DNA of 64,000 nucleotides from Trichinella spiralis. Lineage: Eukaryota. Under the pieces are notes generated by a model that was not told where the DNA came from, ran no database searches, and was given only the letters and a program-made list of their open reading frames with translations. Position 1 is the first letter of the stretch, and every line of letters begins with the position of its first letter. Shown here one piece after another: positions 1 through 9,830 of the stretch. A program made the translations under genes and the position numbers. The stretch covers positions 11,460,007-11,524,006 of the forward strand of contig NW_003526943.1 in the NCBI RefSeq assembly GCF_000181795.1, in the 5' to 3' direction.

Positions 1-74
1 AACTTCTTTGCAAATAAATAGAAAAAGAAAATTTTTTTAAATTAAAATGCATTTATAATAATAAATTAATTTAC

Positions 75-1409
75 CCAAAAGAGCCAATGGACCCAAAAGT
101 AATGGAAGTAAAAACATCAATGGAAACAGCCAAGAATGTAGGATGGACGGACGAGAACGACATCCGGATGCAGCCGCCGATCCGCCTCCCGCTGAACATT
201 CGTGCATTATTTCTTCCTTTACACATTTTACGATACTTCGAGAAGTGTAGAACCATTCACCGAGGGATACAGGATTTCGATAAAACTCACCAATATGCTG
301 CCGACGAACGGCCGTCGACAGTATCCTTCCACCACCTGAAGACCGTTGCTCACTACCCGCCTTTTGAACAGTTCTTTTGAACCTTGGAACACAAATATTA
401 TTTCATCAAAAATTCAATAAATAACCTTCTTTCTTTTTCACAGGAAAAACAATATTTTCAAAACTAATTTCACAAATGATAAACATACCAAGAAGCGACC
501 ATTCCATAATAACGTGGGAACAAACGCTGACTGCGCCTTCTTTCCCTTTGATCAGACCCTGCAAAACACGATTGCCAAATAAGCTATTGCTTTATCAATT
601 TTCCTATCACATACTGCACGTGAAACAAAAATTTTTAATATATCACTCATAAATTTTAATGTTTGCTTCGCTTATACATGCATACAGTAAAAAACTGAAG
701 TTTCAAATGACTATAATGGAAAACAAGAAAGTTGAATAACTTTATTATTTATAAATTTGAACTGTACCCTTTCTAATGTTACTGTACCTATTTTCAAAAA
801 ACGCAATCCAAGTTTCATTTCAACAATTTAATATCTTATTAATCAACACAATAAAAGGCAAATGATAAAGACTTACATGATTCATCATCAGAAATTTCTA
901 TTCTACCAGCGTGAAAATCACTGGACTGATAACGAATAGGAAACTGTGCTTGAGATTCATCGATTCTAAACAAACAATATTCATCGATGTTTTTGAAACG
1001 GTATATTAATAATATTTAAAAAACAATCTTAAAATGTATAATCATTGCTTACAATATAATACAATTTACAAATAAATCTCTTTGCACTTGATTTATTCAC
1101 TTAAAAATATTTCAATTCATCATAAAGCGAAGGTCATTTCAATTTATTCACCTCTCGCATTCTCTTTCCACACTCATTTCCGTTCCTCCATCTATCAATT
1201 CAGTTTTGAAGTTCCTAAAAAATACTGCTATAAAAAATTAAATTTATAAAGAAATTATCACATTACGGAAAATCTGAGTGAAAAAAATTCTCCTCTTCCA
1301 CTGCTGAAGCCAGACCGAAAGTCTGAATTCTTTCCTCATTATTGTTTGAAATGGTTACCTCATTTCTAGACCTAAGCCTTGCAGAACGTCGAGGCACCAT
1401 CATGTTCAT
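75..1409 (-). CDS. 5' part of a multi-exon membrane protein, probably a SUN-domain (SUN1/2, UNC-84-like) inner nuclear membrane protein; continues beyond the left edge
   Basis: Six GT-AG exons (approx. 1409-1267, 1214-1152, 965-877, 558-489, 382-291, 191-75) join in frame: MNMMVPRRSARLRS...DDESWSDQRERRRSQRLFPRYYG...HSWLFPLMFLLPLLLGPLALLG. RRSARL/RRSQRL resemble the SUN2 N-terminus (MSRRSQRLTRY) and are followed by a hydrophobic TM segment. The SUN domain itself is not in the window. Confidence 0.55.
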
Positions 1410-3157
1410 CGGTTTTTCTTAAAAATAAAACATCTGCAAAACGAAGTAAATTTCAATCATGAGAAATATTCAGAATGCTTCAAAAAATTATTTTATGAAA
1501 TTAATATGAAAGATGAAAATTTATTTTTTAATAAAAACATCAAGAGCAAATTATATTAAAAAGATGTAACACTAACTAAAACGATAACTACTAAACAAAT
1601 TCATTTCTGTCATTTCAATACAACTTGTACAATAATGTTAAAATAAAATTTTAACAAAGTGCATCAGAATAACAAAAAATAGTTCATTTTTTGAGATAAT
1701 TTACTTCTTCTACTTCAGCTTAGCAGAATTTATTTCAGCGTTTGTAATATCCACAGCATTACGAATGTTTACTGTTACTATATGTGAAACAATGGATCTT
1801 ACAAAAAAATCAACCATTAAAAATATGCTGTTCAAATATCATTGTTCAAATAAGTAAAATCGCGTTTATTATACTGATAAAAACAACTGCCGTTTACAAA
1901 TAAAAAATAACTAACAATCAAAGAACGATATTCTTAATTCAGAAATATAGCGAGTATTAGAACCAAGAACGGAACTAATACGTGAAATAAAAGAAAACAA
2001 ATAGTCAATGAAAAATGACTAATTGCAAAATTTTTCAAATTGCTATAAACTAAATTTAGAGTTTTCAAAAAGAATTTATAGAATAAAACAATTTTTATAA
2101 TATTTATATAATACATTATTTTTCAAAAAACACATTAAACAAAAGAACTTCGATAACCACCATTTGGCACAATATATTACTCAAATTACGCTGCTTGATC
2201 TAAAATCATGGCCTAAATTACCTATAACACAAGACGCACAATATCGTTAAAGTTAGAAATATAATAATAAATGAAATGAAATTCAAGTATAAAATACAGT
2301 AAATAATAAAACATCATATAAAAAATCATGCATTGTAAATTAATGCAATATACCAAAAACAAGATAAATAATTATAGCACATGATTTAATTAAAGAAGAC
2401 CAATTACAAGTTTAATAAATTCCATTTTATAGTAAATAATTTAAAACGTGTAAAGGCAGTTATTGACCTTTCTTTTCCATGGTATTCTGTTTACGTGCAC
2501 CAAAAAATACATTATTCGGAGTACTACTTTCAACTGCATTCAACACTTTTAAAATGCGCATATTTAGCGCAAAAGAAATTACCGTCTGTAAAAATTATTA
2601 AAAAATCAAGTACAAATGTATTTAGTAATTAGTAATAAATTATGAAGATTATAATATGTGTTATGCATTGTAGAATCTGCATTTTTTATAAATGTTTATA
2701 CATATATAAAATATATTTTATGTTAAAATCAAATATAATATAGTAATAATAATAGTCAGAAATGGTCATACAATATATTTATCAGTGTTTGCTAAAGCAT
2801 AATTATTATATTGCAAATTTTTGCATGTTTTCATTTACGAACTCTTTATATTTTTTATACTGAAAATTTTAATGCTATATAATTACTATAATATTTTAAT
2901 AAATATAAATAAATTTCATGCTTTTGGTAGAGAAGAATCATAATAGTGGAAATAGTATCTTTAAAGATATCGTTCAGGACATCTTAGATGTAGCGTAAAA
3001 CTAACTGCTTACTTCTTTTATTGTAAAATACTATTTTATAATTTATCACTAAAATATAATCTAAAAATTCATAGCTCAAAATAATAATTGTAGCTATTTT
3101 ACTTAATTTTCACAAATTCTGTTACAGTAATCACGAACTTTTTCGTAATTTTTTGCA

Positions 3158-3859
3158 ATGGAAAGAGATGAAAGTGTTATTTACAATTTTTGGCGAATGC
3201 GAAAAACTACAATGGAAATGTGTTATGATCGAAATTATGAAGTAGCACAGAAAGATATAGACGTTTCTTTGAAAGATTTTATTGAAGTTTTCGGGGACCG
3301 ACCGTCAGAAGATAGACCCTCAAGATCTGATTTATCGTATATTGTGAGGCATAAGAAAAATGAGAAGAATCAATTGTATGTGTGTTTTGTCAATAAAAAG
3401 AAACCTGGAAAGGAAGCAGTGAAATGCTGTTTTGATTTTTTGGAAGCGCATAAATTGAATAGAGTTGTACTTGTTCTGCAAGAGGAAATGACACCCGCTG
3501 CAAAGAAGTTAGTTGTGGAAGTTTCAAAAAAATTTAAAATTGAAATATTTTTCGAATCCGAATTGATGCAGAATATTACTAAGCATGAACTTGTTCCGCA
3601 GCACATTATATTGTCGAAACATGAGAAAATGAAGGTATTAGAGAAGTACAAAATTAAAGAGACGGCCTTGCCTAAAATTCTTCTCAGTGATCCGATTTCA
3701 CGTTATTATGGAGCATCTCGTGGGCAAGTTTTTAAAATAATTCGTCGCTTGAGATTTCCAACGCAGCAGCCGCCGATTTTTGATGACTTTCCTGAATTTA
3801 CGAATTTTGCAGAATTCCGTGAAGATAAAAGTTGTATATCTTATCGTCTTGTTGTTTAA
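3158..3859 (+). CDS. rpb-5: DNA-directed RNA polymerase common subunit RPB5 (POLR2E) homolog, divergent, single ORF
   Basis: Colinear with RPB5 over its full length: FWRMRKTTMEMCYDRNY, FGDRPSEDRPSRSDL, MTPAAKK, ELMQNITKHELVPQH, LPKILLSDPISRYYG..RGQVFKIIR, ISYRLVV. It carries an extra segment where canonical RPB5 has RPSETAGRY. Confidence 0.93.
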   Translation: MERDESVIYNFWRMRKTTMEMCYDRNYEVAQKDIDVSLKDFIEVFGDRPSEDRPSRSDLSYIVRHKKNEKNQLYVCFVNKKKPGKEAVKCCFDFLEAHKLNRVVLVLQEEMTPAAKKLVVEVSKKFKIEIFFESELMQNITKHELVPQHIILSKHEKMKVLEKYKIKETALPKILLSDPISRYYGASRGQVFKIIRRLRFPTQQPPIFDDFPEFTNFAEFREDKSCISYRLVV

Positions 3860-4044
3860 TAAAAATTTTGTTGATTTGTTTACTGTATTGTCAATTTTGC
3901 AATGTATTTGAATAGTACGACAGATGATAATACAACAAGTAAGTGATTTACAAGTTTCTAAATTTTACATTACAGTTGACATAAATCTGTGTCAGATTTC
4001 TATAAGGAATGTTAAGAAAGTAAAAAAAATTGATTCATAATTAT

Positions 4045-5264
4045 TTAGCTTTCTTTTTCACTTCTTAGTTCATTTCGAAAGTCAATCATTTCCCCCCAAA
4101 ATGTTTTATAACTTGCAATGTTTTTATGGTTGGCATCTTTGACAAAGATTACTTTGACTTTTCCTTCATTGCATTTTGCCAGTTTTTTAACATGTCGAGC
4201 TTTGATCACTTTGTCTTTGGTACCGTTTACAATCAATGTTGGGCAAGTGCATTTCATGAAATTTTTGTAACTGAAATTGAACTGATGTAATAATTTCAAT
4301 AAATATAAAAATTAGTTTACTTGCAAAATGGTTGAGAATTGGAATAGAATGGCTTCAGGATTCGAAAGTTGATTGATTTAAATGCAGATTGTAGAATCAT
4401 ACCGCGAACGGGAAATTTGCTGGCCAAATGAATGCTCGCAGATGTTCCAATGGAAACTCCCCACGGAATGATAAATGATTTAGGAATATTTAGCACTTCC
4501 GTTGCAAACTTGTACACAGCTGTCACTGCTTTGTACATATTCTCTTCGCTCGGTTTTCCACTACTTAGTCCGTATCCCATGTAATCGTACATAATGATAT
4601 CTTCATCCAGGTAACCACATAATCGTATCGCATTATCTATTGCCAAACCCAAATCGCTGTCGTTCGGCTATAGAAAGCATTTTAAAGTATTATATAGCAT
4701 AAATGTTAAAAAAATAATACTCCTGAATAGATGTAGCAAAAGTTGGATGCTTTTCCAAATACGGATGAAGCGTGAATCATGGCAACTTTTTCATTTTCAA
4801 CATCTATGTGAAAAGCATTCATTTGCAAATTAGCGGCATATCTTCCATACAATTTATGCAACATTGGGCATAATTCAAATTTGTAAATTTTTGGATTCCT
4901 CTTGCTGACCAACTGGAAAGAATAAAGACCTTTCACAGGTGCCCTGTAAAGTGATATAATTTTGATTGCAGGCAAAAAATAATTGAAATGAAACAAACGG
5001 AAATAAAATTCTTCTGATCATGTCTTCTTTTGATTTTGAAGAGAAGAAATATTCATAAGCAATGCGTAGTCGCGCCAATTCATTCAATAAAACGCCGTTC
5101 CCATCTCGACGACTGACTGCAATGTCGACAATCTCGTCTATATTTAAAATAGCATACTTTTCCTTTTTAAGCGAGGAAAAGATTTTAGCATAATTCAGTG
5201 GAATTTTGAAAAATAATCTCTCTGATAGGAATCGATGCTCGTAATGATATTTTAACTCAAACAT
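4045..5264 (-). CDS. ABHD17-like alpha/beta hydrolase, 4 exons (5264-4999, 4943-4721, 4667-4321, 4270-4045), ~353 aa
   Basis: Exon phases are compatible. Motifs: YDYMGYGLSSGKPSEENMY, nucleophile GVSIG, LIVNGTKDKVI (Asp), DANHKN (His). Confidence 0.85.
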
Positions 5265-5730
5265 TTTAACAGGAGAATACAGTATGTGATTTATTCCCCT
5301 AAATATACCACCACTTGCAACGACGTTTAATGTTACTGTTCAAAGAATCAACTTTAATTTGTTTAAGAAATAATAAATTTTAATTTAAACAACTGTAAGA
5401 ATTTAAAATTTTTTTCCAACTGCTTTATTAGAATAATCATGGTAAAAGTTTAAACTGTTTTAGATTGTTTGAATTTGTCAATGAAATGTGATAATTTTGA
5501 AAATAGAAATCATTTCGATGAAAATGTTAAAATGGAATTTGTCTTTTGTACTTGTTCCATTACCAAAGTTTGATTAAATTTCCTTTTATCAAAAACAATG
5601 AACTTTTCTAATTCATATTAAGTTTGTTTGTTTAAACATTTTAAATGAAATTTTTTCAATATTTAAAGTTAAAAGAATGAATGCACAAAATATTTTTTCT
5701 ATTATTTAGTTAAAGAAATATACCTTTGAA

Positions 5731-6393
5731 ATGAATTCACATTGGATGTTGGTATTGTTTATTTCTTCACTAGGCATCAAATGTTCGCCAGACTGCAATT
5801 CGAATATTATTTCAATGTCAACAAATTTAAATACTGAAATTCGAAAAGCGTTCAGTGGATGGCCATTGGTTTTGAACTGTCAAAGCAACGGTGCCAACCA
5901 GGACAAAGAATCCATTTGCTGGTGGTTTCAACAAAATAATCACACATATTTAATACCATCGAATAATGCTACACTAGCAATAATAGAAAAAGCCAATTTA
6001 ACACTTTTGACAGTATCGCCTGAAATTTCAGGGTATCATTTCATTTGCGGCTACCAGGAAAGAGCGTTGAGACGATTTGAAATTAAAGTGATGCTTTGCA
6101 ATGACGATGATCCTTGCAACGGGCGTGGCAATTGTTTAACCTATCAAAATGATAAAATTGCCCCCGTAGTCTATTGTAAATGCAAAGATAAATATTTTGG
6201 CACTTTTTGCACTGAACATATTCCAATTGAATCATTTGTCAAGATGACTATAGTTGGCTGTTTAATTGCAACTTTTCTTCTTGCAACCGCTGCATATGCT
6301 CTTTTGAGGACAAGAAGCAAACGTATGTTGCAAAAGAAATCAAAGAAAAAAATTAAAAAATTCTCAAAAAGAAGAAAATATTCATCAAAATAA
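5731..6393 (+). CDS. Single-pass membrane protein: signal peptide + Ig-like domain + one EGF domain + TM + basic tail
   Basis: Hydrophobic N-terminus. Ig-type pattern LVLNCQ...CWW...LTLLTVSPEISGYHFICG. Six-Cys EGF CNDDDPCNGRGNC...YCKCKDKYFGTFC. TM IVGCLIATFLLATAAYALL followed by RTRSKR. A strong donor (GTATGT near 6323) suggests the true tail may be spliced to small exons near 6477-6580. Confidence 0.75.
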   Translation: MNSHWMLVLFISSLGIKCSPDCNSNIISMSTNLNTEIRKAFSGWPLVLNCQSNGANQDKESICWWFQQNNHTYLIPSNNATLAIIEKANLTLLTVSPEISGYHFICGYQERALRRFEIKVMLCNDDDPCNGRGNCLTYQNDKIAPVVYCKCKDKYFGTFCTEHIPIESFVKMTIVGCLIATFLLATAAYALLRTRSKRMLQKKSKKKIKKFSKRRKYSSK

Positions 6394-7091
6394 AATAATA
6401 TGCAACACATGTGTTTAAACATTGAAAGCATTTATGAAGAAAAACTTTGATGCTCTTTTAAATAAATAATTTTACAGGGGACCACAACGTATTATTTTTT
6501 TATTGACCAAAAAATTCGTTTTCATTTTACAGACTTTTACCTGCAACGTCGCGTTTTATATTTCATAGCCAGAAGATGAACGACCAAACTGATGCTCGGT
6601 TAACGCAGCATGCGCAAATGCACACAGTTTTAATGTGCAGCATTTTTTGTATGCATTTAAGTATGTAGCTATGAAACTGTAACACCTTCCGTTGTCATTG
6701 CACATTTCTGTTGTTCATTTTTTAAATTAAATTACAAGTGTCCAATATGCTCGTTTTTGAACAGAAATAACAGGTAAGCAGAACACAACTGAAAGTATGC
6801 ATGCATGTATTTTTCCACATTAAAATTCATCGAACATTCAAGAGTTTTAACTTCAATATTAACTGCAAATAAGCTTTGACACTGACGAAATGGATAACTA
6901 AAAATGAAAATTACTTTTGAACAGCTGAATAGTTTGAATTCGATTTTTACATTTGAATGTTACTTTTTTAGTATAGAAATAGAAACAGATTTACATGAAT
7001 TAAACATCTACCATTTATTAAACAATCCACTCAAGTACAATTAGTTGTATTTTAACTGAAAAAAATAAACTTATTTGAAAAAATCTCTCAG

Positions 7092-8524
7092 TCAAGCAGT
7101 ACCTACAACACTGACAGTGTGATGCTGATGACTACGATCATACTGATCACGCTGACGATGATGCACCACAGTTGATGAAATGATTTTTTTTATTTCAAAA
7201 ACTTTTTTCGTCTCCTCATTTCCAACTGGCAATGTGCAGGGTGGGTTGTCTTGTTGGTCGGCCAAATCAAGCTCGACAAAGTAGCTATCCCGTCCGCCAA
7301 CGAAAAGCCTCTTGCCGGATGTTGAAAAGCCAACAGCTTGTACGAAAGAGCTGGTCTGCTGGAGGCGAAATGGCTTCTTTGATCGGAGGTCGTAAATTTG
7401 GAACCGCTTCCTTGAACCCGTAACAGCAATGTGCTGATCACTGTACGCCACGGCCGTGGGAAAAATTATCTCCGGGGAAGGGAAGTGCATCGCCAACTGT
7501 TGGCAACGACGATCCCAAACGTTGATTGAGCCGCTGGTCGAGACGAAGCAGAAACAGTTGCTTGCGCAGCTGTTACTGCAGCCGCTTGCAAAGCTGACCA
7601 ACGATATCGCATCCTCGGTGTTGCAGTGTTGGAAAAGTTCGATCGGCCAGCGACGTTCCAAGTCGTACAGACGAACCTTGCCGTCGTCACAGCCGGCAAC
7701 AAAGCAGCGGTCATCGGAGTCTATATCCACTGACCATACGGGAAAACTGGCCGACAGGTATACGTGAGCCGGCGAAATGGAACCACTGTTCGACCACTGC
7801 ATCAGTAGAACGTTTCGACAGTGGCTGGCAACCAGCAGTCGATTGGACAGTTGATTCAGGCACCGCACGCTGGTCACCGACTGCATCGGATGTGCCACCT
7901 TCAGACAAGGTTCATCACCCTCGGCATCTCCAAATTGAACCACTTCCAAGCCGTCGAATTCGTCAGCAAAAATTACCGTATTCTTTTCCAAACACATCTC
8001 TACACACGTCACGCTGGAATGGCCAGACTTCTTTGTGCGACAATAAAATCTGAAACGACTTTCATCTTTCCAATCCCCCACATCCAACATCTCCGCTTCC
8101 ACTGAAGCGGTGGCATCCCCTCTGCTTTCAAAGTCAACAACCAAATTTTGTCTTGTTGTTTGCAAATTTCTTCCAAACAACAAATTGTACATTTCAGGAA
8201 TATTTTCTTCATTGATAAATCGCTCAAAAACGCGTCTAAGTTCATCACACAATGGCGGAATTGTAGTGTCAAAATCGTCCGTATCATTTGTAATGTACTT
8301 CCTCCTCAAAGACATCAACAAGTCGTTGTTTTCACCAAGTGGAGCGAGCTTCTGGCAAAATTGGACCATCACCCACGGATGCACCTCTTTCAGATTGTCC
8401 TTCAATTGGACAGACGGTCCGCTTGATGAAAAAATATTCGAAACAAATTTGAAATACTTCTGAAGTACCATCTTCCACACGGTCAAATCATCCGACACAT
8501 CTGACATTATCGAAGAATTCAAAA
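7092..8524 (-). CDS. Divergent TAF5/TAF5L-like WD40 protein; one large exon, with a short 5' exon upstream not resolved
   Basis: N-terminal region resembles TAF5 NTD2 (QLKDNLKEVHPWVMVQFCQKL). The WD40 block VYLSASFPVWSVDIDSDDRCFVAGCDDGKVRLYDLERRWPIELFQH parallels TAF5 YKGHNYPVWD...FVSGGHDRVARLW..D...PLRIFAGH. A CAG acceptor lies at 8525-8527; the ORF-track start is TTG, not ATG. Confidence 0.7.
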
Positions 8525-9830
8525 CTGCAGCATGGAAATATAAATTACTAAATATTTGATACGACGCACTTACATTTCAATGATAAAATAGCAAGATATA
8601 TTTTGACCGTAAAATATTAATATGCATAGCTTTGAAAAATATGCAAAATACTAATGATGTGAAAAATAAAAATCAAAAAAATTATCAGATTTTTCCATGC
8701 ACAGTAAATTTCGAAAAGTCCATATTAATTAATTATCTAATTTTATGAAGCAAACTTTTCCACAAATGAATACGAAATAATTACAATAGTTGTTACAAAA
8801 AACGATTTTCAAGAATTAAATTAAATCAAATTAAATTGATGCGCTACAGCAAATTAAAATGAAGCTCATAAATGAATTTAAATTTCCCAAGAAATTTTTT
8901 AACTTTCACAACTAGAATCATAAGAACAAAAAAGCAAATAACTTCAGCACTAGTGATACGGTAATTCATCAAAGAAACTGAGAACTACTTGTTGTGAACA
9001 GTCATTGTAAATACCATTTAAAGTAATATTTTAGCATTTTGCCTTTAGCGAGCGTGTCATAAAGCTTTTTTTCGATAATTTTAAAAGCGGAACATTGAAA
9101 AACTTTATGCAAACCTGGGAATTAGTTAAAAAAATTTTACATATAAATTTCAAAATTTCAATTCACTTTCATGAAGATTTCATTTCACTTTACAAAATGG
9201 AGTGTAAAAATGATTATTGAAAATTACAGTTCTAATAAAACTGCCTTCTGTTGAACTTTGAAGTCAATGAAATTAGACAGAGAATAATATTTGCATGGTA
9301 TGCTTTTAATAAGGGCGAACACACAGGAAGGTGAAATTTATTACATTAGCAATTTATTTAAATAATTGGAATTGATATTAAATAATAGAATAATCCAACA
9401 TACAAGCACATTTTTAATTAAAACAAGTAAATAAACAAAAATAATACAAACTATATGAAACAATTAATAACAAAGAACATTCAAATAAGAGTGCGCAAAC
9501 AGCAAAGCGCACCTGGAGCACCCGTGCATGCCCAGCATAAAAACATTTTATATGATAAAAAAAGATAACCATTTACCAGAATAGTGTCGATAACAAAATG
9601 GTTAAAAAAGCAGTAATAAATGGATAAAAGATAAAATGCAGACAAAAGAGAAATGTGTAAAATTACACACAAAATGGTCATTTTACATATTTCCAGGTTC
9701 ATCGCATGGTTTTTGACAACTGCAATTATGGACAGTGTTTGAAAACAAATAATGAGATTAGGAAAAAATATAATGAATTCCAAATATATATATATATAAT
9801 AATAAATGGTAATTATTTTTCTTCCCACAT

